The notes beneath the pieces are model-generated. The model saw only the letters and a program-made list of their open reading frames with translations, was not told the origin of the DNA and did not search any database. The position numbers and the translations under genes are program-made. Positions 29,381-39,249 of a stretch of 64,000 nucleotides of DNA are shown one piece after another (the first letter of the stretch is position 1; each line of letters starts with the position of its first letter). The stretch comes from Alphaproteobacteria bacterium (GTDB lineage Bacteria; Pseudomonadota; Alphaproteobacteria; Bin95): assembly GCA_022827685.1 (NCBI GenBank), contig JAJEIH010000053.1, positions 56 through 64,055 of the forward strand, written 5' to 3'.

Positions 29381-31309
29381 CTAGCGGCCCCGGCTCGGGA
29401 CCGCCGCTTCTTCCAACAGGGTATGTATCGAGTCGGCAACTGCAAGCATTTCTTGCTCCTTCGACCCGAGCCGGCGCAGCGCGACCGTTCCCTGCTCGGC
29501 CTCGCGGCGCCCGACGACAAGCATGACCGGCACCTTCGCGACCGAATGTTCGCGGACCTTGTAGCCGATTTTCTCGTTGCGCAGGTCGAGCTCGGCGCGA
29601 AGCCCCGCCTCCCTCAGCCGGGCGAACACCTCGCGCGCATAACCGTCGGCATCGCTGGTGATCGTGGCCACCACCGCCTGCACCGGCGCCAGCCAGAGCG
29701 GAAACCGCCCGGCATAGTGCTCGATGAGCACGCCGATGAAGCGCTCGAACGAGCCGAGAATGGCCCGGTGCAGCATGACCGGCCGGCGCCGCTCGCCGCT
29801 CTCGTCCACATAGGTGGCGTTCAGCCGCTCGGGCAGCACGAAATCGACCTGGAAGGTGCCGCACTGCCAGTCCCGCCCGATGGCGTCGCGCAGCACGAAT
29901 TCGAGCTTGGGGCCGTAGAACGCGCCCTCGCCGGGGTTCAGCTCGACTTCGAGCCCGGCAGCGTTGACGGCGTCCAGCAGCGCGGTCTCGGCCTTGTCCC
30001 AGACCTCGTCTTCACCGGCGCGCACCTCCGGGCGGTCGGAGAATTTCACCAGCACGTCGTCAAAGCCGAAATCCGCGTAGATGCTGGTCAGCAGCGCGCA
30101 GAAGCGCTCCGTCTCCGCCGTCACCTGGTCCTCGGTTGCGAAGATGTGGGCGTCATCCTGGGTAAAGGCGCGCACCCGCATGATGCCGTGCAGCGCGCCG
30201 GAGGGTTCGTTGCGGTGGCAGGCGCCGAACTCCGCCATGCGCAGCGGCAGGTCGCGGTAGCTCTTGATGCCCTGCTTGAATATCTGCACATGGCCGGGGC
30301 AGTTCATCGGCTTGAGCGCGAACAGCCGGTCCTCCGCCGCCTCGGCCACGAACATGTGCTCGCGGAACTTCTCCCAGTGGCCGGACGCCTCCCAGAGCGC
30401 GCGGTCGAGGAGCTGCGGCGTCTTCACCTCGACATAGCCGTTCGCGTCGAGGCGCCTGCGCATGTAGTCCTCGCAGACGCGGAACAGCGTCCAGCCCTTG
30501 GGCATCCAGAAGACGGAGCCGGCGGCCTCTTCCTGGAGGTGGAACAGGCCCATCTCGCGGCCGAGGCGGCGGTGGTCGCGTCGTTCGGCCTCCTCCAGCC
30601 GCTCCAGATAGGTCCTGAGCTCCTTCTCGTTGCGCCACGCCGTGCCGTAAATGCGCTGCAGCATCTCGTTGCGGTGGTCGCCGCGCCAATAGGCCCCGGC
30701 GACGCTCATCAGCTTGAATGCCTTGCCGAGCTTGCCCGTAGAGGGCAGGTGCGGCCCCCGGCAGAGGTCGAGGAAGCCGCCCTGGCGGTAGAGCGTGATC
30801 GGCTCCTCCGACGGGATCGAGCGGATGATCTCCGCCTTGTAGTGCTCGCCTTCGCCCTCGAAGAAGCGGGCCGCCTCGTCGCGGTCCCAGACCTCGCGGG
30901 CGATGGGCTCATCGCGGTCCACGATCTCGCGCATCCGCTCTTCCAGCAACGCCAGGTCGTCCGGCGTGAACGGCTCGGCGCGCGAGAAATCGTAGTAGAA
31001 GCCGTTCTCGATCACCGGGCCGATGGTGATCTGGATCTCCGGATAGAGCTCCTTCGCCGCCTCGGCGAGCGCATGGGCGGCATCGTGCCGTATGAGGTCG
31101 AGGCCGTCCGGGTCGTCGCGCGTCACGATCTCGACGGCGCCGTCCTCGGTGAGCGGCTCGGCGAGGTCGCGCAGCGCGCCGCCCACGCGGATGGCGACCG
31201 CGCGCCTGGCGAGGCTTCTGGAAATGGCCGCCGCAAGGTCGGCGCCGGTGTCCCCGCGCACGAAGGGGCGCACGGAGCCGTCGGGCATTGTCAGGGCGAT
31301 CTCGCTCAT
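29381..31309 (-). CDS. thrS: Threonine-tRNA ligase
   Basis: TGS domain at the N-terminus, class II core and anticodon-binding domain. It heads the classic thrS-infC-rpmI-rplT-pheST array. Confidence 0.95.
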   Translation of the reverse strand: MSEIALTMPDGSVRPFVRGDTGADLAAAISRSLARRAVAIRVGGALRDLAEPLTEDGAVEIVTRDDPDGLDLIRHDAAHALAEAAKELYPEIQITIGPVIENGFYYDFSRAEPFTPDDLALLEERMREIVDRDEPIAREVWDRDEAARFFEGEGEHYKAEIIRSIPSEEPITLYRQGGFLDLCRGPHLPSTGKLGKAFKLMSVAGAYWRGDHRNEMLQRIYGTAWRNEKELRTYLERLEEAERRDHRRLGREMGLFHLQEEAAGSVFWMPKGWTLFRVCEDYMRRRLDANGYVEVKTPQLLDRALWEASGHWEKFREHMFVAEAAEDRLFALKPMNCPGHVQIFKQGIKSYRDLPLRMAEFGACHRNEPSGALHGIMRVRAFTQDDAHIFATEDQVTAETERFCALLTSIYADFGFDDVLVKFSDRPEVRAGEDEVWDKAETALLDAVNAAGLEVELNPGEGAFYGPKLEFVLRDAIGRDWQCGTFQVDFVLPERLNATYVDESGERRRPVMLHRAILGSFERFIGVLIEHYAGRFPLWLAPVQAVVATITSDADGYAREVFARLREAGLRAELDLRNEKIGYKVREHSVAKVPVMLVVGRREAEQGTVALRRLGSKEQEMLAVADSIHTLLEEAAVPSRGR

Positions 31310-31448
31310 CGGATGCGCAAATGTCCCGGAACCAGGAAAGGGCGCAATCTAGAAACAGGCTCCGCCGCGTCAAGCAAAGATACGCGGCCCGCAGGACAGC
31401 CGCGTCCCGGCGCTGGCCCTCCGGGCCCCTCTTTTCCGCTTTCGGACG

Positions 31449-32783
31449 CTAGCCCGTCTCGTAGGGGAAACTGTCCAGGCGCTCGCAGCCGGTGTCGGTC
31501 ACCAGCACCTGGGTTTCCAGCTTGACGCTTTCCGAGTCCCGTTCGCCCACCAGGCTTTCGACGCAGACCACCATTCCGGGCTCGAACCGCCCGGACATGG
31601 CCAGATCGGACCAGTCCACATGCAGCGGCACCACCGGCCATTCATCGGCCATGCCGACGCCGTGGACGGCCAGCGTGTAGCGATACGGCACATGCCGCTC
31701 CGGGATCCGCCAGCTCTTCTCGTTGAACTCGGCGAAGTCCGTGCCCGGGCGCACGAGGTCCAGATTGTGCCGGATCTGGTCGAGCGCAGTCTCGTAGAGC
31801 CGGCGCTGGCGGCCGGTCATGGGGGTGTAGCCGCAGGTCCAGGACCGCGAGACATCGGCGCAATATCCGTAAGGGCCGATCATGTCGGTATCGAGCGCGA
31901 TCATCTCGCCTGCCCGGCACTCCCTGTCCGAGCACTCCTGGTACCAGGGATTCGTGCGCGGACCGGCAGTGAGAAGCTTGGTTTCCAGCCAGTCGCCGCC
32001 CGAGCGGGCATTCTCGAAATGGAGGTGGGCCCAGAGTTCGCGCTCCGTCGCGCCGGGCAGGGAGTGGTCGTAAACCCGGGCCATGCCAGCCTCGCAGACG
32101 CGCATCGTCCAGCGCATCAGCTCGATCTCGTCCCCGGACTTGATCGACCGTGCGATCTCGGTAATGCGGGTGCCCTCGACATAGGTCAGGCCGCGCGCCT
32201 CCAGCGCCTGCGCGCCGGCGCCGTCCAGCCGGTCGCAGGCGAGTCGCCGGTTGCCGCCGCCATGCACACGCACGAGGCCGGCGATCTCGTCGGCCCAGGC
32301 GGCCATGGCGGCTTCGGACCTGTCCCCCAGCGCCATGAACATCCATGTCCTCGCCATGCGCAACTCGTCGATGCCAGGCAGTCCCTCCGATTGCCTCATG
32401 CAGCCCTTGAGTTCGAACATGATCGCCGGGCCGTCGGCGAATATCAGCGCGTAGCGCAAGGGGCTGTGCAGGCACCAGACCTGCATGTTCGAGCAATCGA
32501 AGGCGTATCGGATATTGGTGGAATCGTAGAGCAGCAAGGCTGCGCAATCGGCGGCAGCGCACCCGTCGCGAAGCCGTTGCAGGCGATAGCTGCGGGCGCG
32601 GTCCAGCACCTCACGCGGCACCGGGCTCTTCAGCGGCTTCCCGGTGCCCTCCGGATTCAGATAGGCCGCCTTGCGGCTGTCCTTGAAGACAGGTCCGCGC
32701 CCCGTGTCGGGGTTGATCCGGTATCCCGCCGGGTCGATGACGTCTTCCATGCCCTGCGGTGCTATGGACTTGCTGTCCCGCAA
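31449..32783 (-). CDS. M24-family metallohydrolase (creatinase / Xaa-Pro aminopeptidase-like; DddP and DoeA also belong to this fold)
   Basis: Creatinase-like N-domain plus pita-bread catalytic domain (HGVGMADEWP, metal ligands D/D/H/E/E spaced as in M24). Confidence 0.7.
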   Translation of the reverse strand: MRDSKSIAPQGMEDVIDPAGYRINPDTGRGPVFKDSRKAAYLNPEGTGKPLKSPVPREVLDRARSYRLQRLRDGCAAADCAALLLYDSTNIRYAFDCSNMQVWCLHSPLRYALIFADGPAIMFELKGCMRQSEGLPGIDELRMARTWMFMALGDRSEAAMAAWADEIAGLVRVHGGGNRRLACDRLDGAGAQALEARGLTYVEGTRITEIARSIKSGDEIELMRWTMRVCEAGMARVYDHSLPGATERELWAHLHFENARSGGDWLETKLLTAGPRTNPWYQECSDRECRAGEMIALDTDMIGPYGYCADVSRSWTCGYTPMTGRQRRLYETALDQIRHNLDLVRPGTDFAEFNEKSWRIPERHVPYRYTLAVHGVGMADEWPVVPLHVDWSDLAMSGRFEPGMVVCVESLVGERDSESVKLETQVLVTDTGCERLDSFPYETG

Positions 32784-32833
32784 GCAATAGATTATCTATT
32801 TATGGACCCTTAGAAATTCTTTCGACAGGGGAC

Positions 32834-33712
32834 ATGACGGATACCCCCCTCAAACCGCTTCGCGCCTTCGAGGCGGCAGCGCGGACAGGTTCCTTCGCCG
32901 CCGCCGCCCGTGAGCTCAGGGTCACTTCGGCCGCGGTCAGCCAGCAGGTGAAGGTCCTGGAGCATTTCTGGGGCCGCACGCTCTTCCTGCGCCAGGGCAA
33001 CCGGCTGTCGCTGACCGAAGCGGGGCTGAGCGCTTATCCGCCGCTGGCCAACGCGCTCACGTCGATCGGCGATCTTTCCGAGCGGATGCAGGGGGTCACC
33101 CGGCGCGCGCGCTTCGTGCTGAGCGCGCTGCCTTCCGTGGCCGAAACCTGGCTCCCCTTGCGGCTGGCCGACTGGCTCGCGGACGACGGCGACCGGCAGG
33201 TGGATATCAGGATCGAGGACGATCCGGTCGACTTCAACCGCGACCGCGTACACATGCGGATTTTCCACGGCCATTCGCTCTATGCGGACTATTGCACGGA
33301 GGTGCTGTTCCGCGACCGGATCATCGCCATCGCAACACCGGCCGTCATCGCCTGTTACGGCGCATCGGTGCCGGCATTGCCCGACAAGGCGCTGATCCAT
33401 ACGGACTGGGGAACCGACTACGCAACAAGCCCGAACTGGAGCGACTTTCTTTCCGGCGGGCGGGTTATCGACGCCGGCGCCGGACTGCGCGTCACGACCA
33501 GCAGCGCGGCGATTCAGTGCGCTCTCGCCGGGCTTGGCGTCGCGCTGGTTCCGGCGATGACGGCGGCGCACCATCTGGAAGCCGGGCGGCTTCGGCGCGT
33601 CGAAGCCCCGGAAATGCGGATCGACCGGCCCTACTCCGTGGCCTACCCGCACGCCATCGCGGGCTGGCCGGTCGTCGCCAGCCTGGTGGAATGCCTCAGG
33701 CGCCCGGCGTGA
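32834..33712 (+). CDS. LysR-family transcriptional regulator
   Basis: N-terminal HTH LRAFEAAARTGSFAAAARELRVTSAAVSQQVKVLE. It is divergent from the M24 hydrolase gene. Confidence 0.85.
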   Translation: MTDTPLKPLRAFEAAARTGSFAAAARELRVTSAAVSQQVKVLEHFWGRTLFLRQGNRLSLTEAGLSAYPPLANALTSIGDLSERMQGVTRRARFVLSALPSVAETWLPLRLADWLADDGDRQVDIRIEDDPVDFNRDRVHMRIFHGHSLYADYCTEVLFRDRIIAIATPAVIACYGASVPALPDKALIHTDWGTDYATSPNWSDFLSGGRVIDAGAGLRVTTSSAAIQCALAGLGVALVPAMTAAHHLEAGRLRRVEAPEMRIDRPYSVAYPHAIAGWPVVASLVECLRRPA

Positions 33713-33736
33713 GGGCTTCGGGTATCGACCGTGCGA

Positions 33737-34618
33737 CTACGGCACGACCTTTACGTCCGAATTGCGCTCCACGGTACGTATCAGTTCGGTCACGTCGGCC
33801 TCCTGGCCGAGATGGGCGAGCGAGGCCTGGTGCAGCTCGCGCACGACATTGGCGACGAACATGGGCGCGGCGCTGTCCGCGCCGAGCTGGGTCGCCAGGC
33901 GCACGTCCTTGTGCATCAGCGCGAGCCCGAAGCCGAACGGGTGCGGCCCCTCGACCTGGGCCGCCAGCATGACTTCGGACATGTAGGTCCGGCCCGAGCC
34001 CTTGTTCAGCACCTCGACGGCCTTGGAGAATTCAAGCCCGTTCTTGACGCCCATCGCAACCGCCTCGCAGGACACAGCGTAGGCCGACGCTGCGACCACA
34101 TTGTTCACCAGCTTCATGACATGGCCCGTGCCGATGCCGCCGCAGTGGAAGACATTGGGGCTGATGGCGTGCAGCATCGGCAGCACCTCGGCATAGTCGG
34201 CGTCGTCGGCGCCGACCATGATCGCGATGGTGCCGGCATCCGCGCCCTGCCTGCCGCCGGAGACCGGCGCGTCGATCAGCCGGATACCGCGCTCGGCGAG
34301 TTCCGCCGCCATGGCGCGCGTCGCGTTCGGGTCGCCGGTGGTCTGGTCGAGGATGATGCCGCCCGCGCTCATGCCTTCGGCGAGCCCGCCCGGCCCGAAC
34401 ACCGCGCGGCGCACATCGTCCGAGGTCGGCAGGCAGGTCAGCACCGTGCCGCATTCCGCGCCCAGCGCGGCGGCGGACTGGACGGGCGTGCAATTCCGCT
34501 CCGCCAGCGCCTGCATCGCCTCCGGGCGCAGGTCGAAGACGCGCAGCGGGTGCGTGAGCGCGAGGCGGCGGGCCAGCGCCCCGCCCATATTGCCGAGGCC
34601 GACATAGCCGATGCTCAT
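33737..34618 (-). CDS. NAD(P)-dependent 3-hydroxyisobutyrate dehydrogenase / tartronate-semialdehyde reductase family (HIBADH)
   Basis: MSIGYVGLGNMGGALARRL Rossmann fold, with the catalytic Lys region GTGHVMKLVNN. Confidence 0.85.
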   Translation of the reverse strand: MSIGYVGLGNMGGALARRLALTHPLRVFDLRPEAMQALAERNCTPVQSAAALGAECGTVLTCLPTSDDVRRAVFGPGGLAEGMSAGGIILDQTTGDPNATRAMAAELAERGIRLIDAPVSGGRQGADAGTIAIMVGADDADYAEVLPMLHAISPNVFHCGGIGTGHVMKLVNNVVAASAYAVSCEAVAMGVKNGLEFSKAVEVLNKGSGRTYMSEVMLAAQVEGPHPFGFGLALMHKDVRLATQLGADSAAPMFVANVVRELHQASLAHLGQEADVTELIRTVERNSDVKVVP

Positions 34619-34729
34619 GGAAGCGGTTCCTTCGCTTGCGGATTTCGGGCTATCCTATGCGGAATTCGCGCGCCGGAAAGCACCGCAGCCGATTTGCGAC
34701 CGCCCGCGGGCGACGGAGGAGTTCACGCC

Positions 34730-35500
34730 ATGCCCGATTCGCATGCCGCCGAGTATTCGATACAGGACCGCGTCAGCCCGGAGGAATGGGCGATACGGGT
34801 CGATCTCGCCGCGCTTTACCGCCTCTGCGCCCGGCACGGCATGACCGATCTCACCTACACGCATCTCTCGGCGCGCGTGCCCGGGGACGAGGACGCCTTC
34901 CTCCTCAACCCCTGGGGCCTCCTGTTCGAGCAGGTGACGGCGTCGAACCTCGTCAAGGTGGACACGGAGGGCAATCTGCTCGGCGAGAACCGCTACGGGG
35001 TCAATGCCGCCGGCTTCACCATCCATTCGGCGGTCCACATGGCGCGGCCGGACCTCGCCTGCGTCGCGCACACCCACACCCGCACCGGCATCGCCCTGGC
35101 GGCGCTGCCGCAGGGGCTGAGGCCGCTCAACCAGAAGGCGATGCAGTTCCACGGGCGCATCGCCTATCACGGTTATGAGGGAATCGCCTTCGACCTCGAC
35201 GAGCGCGAGCGGCTGATCGCCGACATGGGCGATGCGGATGTCATGGTGCTGAAGAACCACGGGTTCCTCGTCGGCGGACGCAGCGTGCGCGAGGCCTGGG
35301 CCCGGCTCTACGACCTGGAGAAGGCCGCGAAGACGCAGATGCTTGCGGAAGCGACGGGCGCACCGCTCGCCACGCTTTCCGACGCCTTCCTCGACGAGCA
35401 TGAGAGGCGCCCGAGGGCCAACCGCAGCTACAACCCCTATGACGGCTGGGAGTCGCAGCTTCGCCTGCTCGACCGGGCCGACTCCTCCTGGCGGCACTGA
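34730..35500 (+). CDS. Class II aldolase/adducin-domain protein (paralogue 1)
   Basis: Aldolase_II fold with the His triad context (TIHSAVH...AHTHT, FHGRIAYHGYEG). GGAGGA RBS is present. Confidence 0.8.
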   Translation: MPDSHAAEYSIQDRVSPEEWAIRVDLAALYRLCARHGMTDLTYTHLSARVPGDEDAFLLNPWGLLFEQVTASNLVKVDTEGNLLGENRYGVNAAGFTIHSAVHMARPDLACVAHTHTRTGIALAALPQGLRPLNQKAMQFHGRIAYHGYEGIAFDLDERERLIADMGDADVMVLKNHGFLVGGRSVREAWARLYDLEKAAKTQMLAEATGAPLATLSDAFLDEHERRPRANRSYNPYDGWESQLRLLDRADSSWRH

Positions 35501-35513
35501 GCGGGGAGCATCC

Positions 35514-36281
35514 ATGCCCGATATCCGTTCCCGCGTTTCCGAAGCCGAATGGGAGGCGCGCGTCAACCTGGCGGCCGTCTTCCGGCTGGCGGCGAAGCAC
35601 GACCTCTCCGATCTGGCGCTGACGCACTTCTCGGCGCGTATCCCGGACGAGCCCGACCGCTTCCTCCTCAACCCCTACGGCCTTATGTTCGAGGAAATCA
35701 CGGCATCCTCCCTGGTCAAGACCGACCGCGAGGGCGGCGATCCGCTGGAGACGGGCAGCCCGCTCAACGCGGTCGGCATCATGCTGCATTCGGCGGTGCT
35801 CGACGCCCGGCCCGATGTGGCCTGTACGGCGCACACCCACACCGTGCAGGGCATGGCGCTTTCCTCGCTGGACACCGAACTGCTGCCCGCCTCGCAGACG
35901 GCGCTCGCCTTCCACGGGCGCGTCGGCTACCACGACTGGGAGAGCGACGAGACGGAGCTGGACGAGCGCGAGCGGATTGCGCGGGACATCGGCCCGAACG
36001 GACGCGCGCTGGTGCTGAAGAACCACGGCCTGCTCGCCGCCGGCCCGTCGATCCCGAGCACCTGGATGCTGCTCCATGCGCTGGAGCGCGCCTGCGCCTC
36101 GCAGCTGGACGCGATGGCCGCCGCCCATGCCTCCGGCAACGGGCTCGACATGCCCTCGGCCGAGGTCTGCGAGAGGACGGCCCGGCAGTTCGACGAGTTC
36201 CTGGCCCGGCCCGGCCGGGACGACGACTGGTCCGCCTATCTGGAGCTGCTCGACAGGGACGACCCGGGCTACCGGGAATAG
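35514..36281 (+). CDS. Class II aldolase/adducin-domain protein (paralogue 2, tandem)
   Basis: About 45% identical and collinear to the preceding gene (EWEARVNLAAVFRLAAKHDLSDLALTHFSARIP..., AHTHT). Confidence 0.8.
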   Translation: MPDIRSRVSEAEWEARVNLAAVFRLAAKHDLSDLALTHFSARIPDEPDRFLLNPYGLMFEEITASSLVKTDREGGDPLETGSPLNAVGIMLHSAVLDARPDVACTAHTHTVQGMALSSLDTELLPASQTALAFHGRVGYHDWESDETELDERERIARDIGPNGRALVLKNHGLLAAGPSIPSTWMLLHALERACASQLDAMAAAHASGNGLDMPSAEVCERTARQFDEFLARPGRDDDWSAYLELLDRDDPGYRE

Positions 36282-36335
36282 GCCGCACGAAACCCCAGGA
36301 ACCGGAGAACAGCCGCAAGGCTGCGCAGCCAAGCC

Positions 36336-37178
36336 ATGAACATGACCGAATCGAAAATTGCGCTCGACTACGCCCGCGACGGGTTCGTCTTCCCGCTCGA
36401 TATCGTGACTGAGGCGGAAGCAGGGGAGCTGCGCGCCGACCTTGAGCGGGGCGAGGCCGAACTGGCGGACGACCCGAAGCGGCTCGGCCTGCTGCGCGGC
36501 TTCCCGGCCCGCTTCCTGCCGTCCTTCGACCGGCTGGTCCGCCATCCGAAGATGGTCGAGGCGGCGCAGGCGGTGCTGGGTCCCGATGTCATGGTCTGGG
36601 GGTCGGGGCTGTTCATCAAGGAAGCGAACACGCCGAGCTACGTCTCCTGGCACCAGGACCTGACCTATTGGGGCCTCGACAAGGCGGAGGAGACGACGCT
36701 CTGGGTGGCGCTCTCGCCGGCGACGGAGGAGAGCGGCTGCATGCGCTTCATCCCGGGCAGCCACCGGGAGCGCATCGTGCCGCATGCCGACAGCTTCGCC
36801 GCCGACAACCTGCTGACGCGGGGGCAGGAAATCCAGGTGGAGGTGGACGAGGAGGCCGCGGTCGATGTCGTGCTCCGGCCGGGGCAGGCCTCGCTGCATC
36901 ACGGCCACCTGTTCCACGCCTCCGGCCCGAACGGCACCGGCGACCGGCGCATCGGGGCTGCCATCCGCTATATCGCGCCGACCATGCGCGCGCGCTCCGG
37001 CCCGGAAACGGAAGTGGCGCTGGTGGCCGGCGAGGACCGCTTCGGGCATTTCGCCATCGTGCCGCCGCCGGCCCGCCGGATGGACGACGCCGATTTCGGG
37101 ACGGTGGCGGCCGACGCCGAACGGCGCGAGCAGATCCTGTTCGACGGAACGGGCGGGCGCCGGCGCAAGCCGCGCTAG
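36336..37178 (+). CDS. Phytanoyl-CoA dioxygenase (PhyH) family Fe(II)/2-oxoglutarate oxygenase
   Basis: PhyH-family pattern WHQDLTYW, with the HxD...H facial triad context. Confidence 0.75.
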   Translation: MNMTESKIALDYARDGFVFPLDIVTEAEAGELRADLERGEAELADDPKRLGLLRGFPARFLPSFDRLVRHPKMVEAAQAVLGPDVMVWGSGLFIKEANTPSYVSWHQDLTYWGLDKAEETTLWVALSPATEESGCMRFIPGSHRERIVPHADSFAADNLLTRGQEIQVEVDEEAAVDVVLRPGQASLHHGHLFHASGPNGTGDRRIGAAIRYIAPTMRARSGPETEVALVAGEDRFGHFAIVPPPARRMDDADFGTVAADAERREQILFDGTGGRRRKPR

Positions 37179-37200
37179 CTCCGGGCGGCCGCGCGCGCCC

Positions 37201-38184
37201 ATGCGCATAGCCATCGACGAGGCCCATGCCCTGCTGACGCGGGTGATGGCGAAGCTTGGCTACGAGGCGGGCGACATCCCGTCCATCGTGGACCACCTGA
37301 TCGACTGCGAGCTGCGGGGCGTTTCCTATGGCGGCCTCGCGCGCGCCGTGTCGATCACGGAGCGGATCGGACGCACCGGCCAGCCTTCCCGGCCCATCAC
37401 GGTCACGCATGAAACGCCGGTCTCGGCCCGCATCGACGGCGCGGACCATGTCGGCTACATCGTCGGCCAGCGCGCGACCGACATGGCCATCGGGAAGGCG
37501 AACGCGATGGGCCTCTCCGCCATCGGCGCGGTCGATACCTGGTACACGGGCATGCTGAGCTACTTCGCCGAGCAGGCAGCCGCCCATGACCTCGTGACCA
37601 TGATCGCGTCCAATGCCACGCCCTGGGTCGCACCCCATGGCGCCGCCGAGGGGCGGTTCGGCACCAACCCGATCTGCTTCGGCTTTCCCTCGGCGGACCG
37701 CCCCATCGTCTGGGACATCGGCACCAGCACCATCATGCATGCGGAGGTGCTGCTCGCGCGCCGCACGGGCCGGCCGCTGCCGGAGGGCCGCGCCTTCGGC
37801 CCCGACGGCCGGCCGACCACGGACCCGGACACGGCGCTCACAGGAGCGTTCACGGCCTGGGGCGGGCACAAGGGCTCCGGACTCGGCCTCGTGGTGCAGA
37901 TGCTGGGCGTGCTGGCGGGCTCGGAGGGCATCACGCCGGACCTTGCCGGCTTCGGCATGGTGATCGTCGCCATCCGCCCGGACATTTTCGGCGACACGGA
38001 GGGCTTCAAGCAGCGCATCGCCGACTACGCCGGGGCCGTGCGGACCGCGAGGCCGGCGGACCCGGCCAGTCCCGTCCGCATGCCCTTCGACCGCTCCCGG
38101 GCGGTGCGCGAGGCGGCGCGGGCCTCGGGCGGCTTCGAGGCGGACGGGGCCATTGTCGAGCGGCTTCGGGCCTTCGCCGGATAG
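37201..38184 (+). CDS. Ldh2-family (malate/L-lactate dehydrogenase type 2; Pyr2C/Pip2C-reductase-like) NAD(P)H oxidoreductase
   Basis: Family signatures SYGGLARA, GTNPICFGFP, AWGGHKGSGLGL. Confidence 0.8.
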   Translation: MRIAIDEAHALLTRVMAKLGYEAGDIPSIVDHLIDCELRGVSYGGLARAVSITERIGRTGQPSRPITVTHETPVSARIDGADHVGYIVGQRATDMAIGKANAMGLSAIGAVDTWYTGMLSYFAEQAAAHDLVTMIASNATPWVAPHGAAEGRFGTNPICFGFPSADRPIVWDIGTSTIMHAEVLLARRTGRPLPEGRAFGPDGRPTTDPDTALTGAFTAWGGHKGSGLGLVVQMLGVLAGSEGITPDLAGFGMVIVAIRPDIFGDTEGFKQRIADYAGAVRTARPADPASPVRMPFDRSRAVREAARASGGFEADGAIVERLRAFAG

Positions 38185-38196
38185 GAAGGCCGGAAC

Positions 38197-38709
38197 ATGG
38201 GGGCCGCGGAGCCGGCTGCGATTGTCGAAGCCTCGACGCCGGCCGAAATCGCCGAAGTTCGGGCGCTCTTCGCCGAATACCAGCAATGGCTCGGCGCCGA
38301 TCTCTCTTTCCAGAATTTTTCTGCCGAACTGGACTCGCTGGCCAAGCTGTATGCGCCGCCGGGAGGGCTGCTGCTGCTCGCCCGGGCCCCCGACGGTTCG
38401 GCCGCTGGCGGTGTCGGCATGAAAGGACTGGAGCCCGGCATCTGCGAGATGAAGCGCCTCTATGTGCGCCCGCGCTGGCGCGGCCTCGGCCTTGGGCGGA
38501 GGCTGGCGGCGGCGATCGTGCAGGCGGGCGCGGACGCCGGCTACGGGTCCATGCGCCTCGACACGCTGACCCGTCTGCATGAAGCGGTTGCGCTTTACCG
38601 GTCGATGGGCTTCCGCGAAATCCCGGCCTATTACGACAACCCGATGGAAGGCGTGTTCTATATGGAAAAGCCACTCGCCGGCCGTCGTCGGGCAAAGGCC
38701 CGGGAGTGA
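38197..38709 (+). CDS. GNAT-family N-acetyltransferase
   Basis: Acetyl-CoA-binding motif RLYVRPRWRGLGLGRRL. Confidence 0.8.
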   Translation: MGAAEPAAIVEASTPAEIAEVRALFAEYQQWLGADLSFQNFSAELDSLAKLYAPPGGLLLLARAPDGSAAGGVGMKGLEPGICEMKRLYVRPRWRGLGLGRRLAAAIVQAGADAGYGSMRLDTLTRLHEAVALYRSMGFREIPAYYDNPMEGVFYMEKPLAGRRRAKARE

Positions 38710-38829
38710 CGGCGGCGCGGCGTCCCCGCCGCTTGCCGCAGAGGCTTCGGCAATGCTATCGCAAGGGAAACCACGATCCGCGCCGCGCCCGAGCGAACGG
38801 AATCTGCAATCGAGGGGAGGAACCTCCAC

Positions 38830-39216
38830 ATGGCCGGTCAACCGATATTGCCCAAGGGCTCTCCGCCCCCGCTCGCGCCCTATTCGCCGGGCTTCCGCTC
38901 CGGCGGGCTCGTCTGCACGGCGGGCATGCTGGCGCTCGATACCTCCGGAACCCTCATCGGCGAGGGAGACGCCGGCGCGCAGACCCGGCAGGTGCTGGAG
39001 AACATCAGGGAGATCCTCGAAGAGGCCGGCGGCTCCATGCAGGACATCGTGTACAACACGATCTACCTCAAGGACCTCGCCGACTACGCCGCGATGAACG
39101 AGGTTTACGCCTCCTACTTCCCCGAGAACCCGCCGGCGCGCGCCTGTGTGCAAGCCGGCCTCGTGCGACCCGAATTCCTGGTGGAAATCGCCGCCATGGC
39201 CGTGATCGACGGTTAG
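38830..39216 (+). CDS. RidA/YjgF-family enamine/imine deaminase
   Basis: 128 aa. APYSPG...GLVCTAGM...PARACVQAGLV, typical of RidA. Confidence 0.85.
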   Translation: MAGQPILPKGSPPPLAPYSPGFRSGGLVCTAGMLALDTSGTLIGEGDAGAQTRQVLENIREILEEAGGSMQDIVYNTIYLKDLADYAAMNEVYASYFPENPPARACVQAGLVRPEFLVEIAAMAVIDG

Positions 39217-39249
39217 CGCGCACCGCACCGGGGGCGGAGAGGGGGCGGC

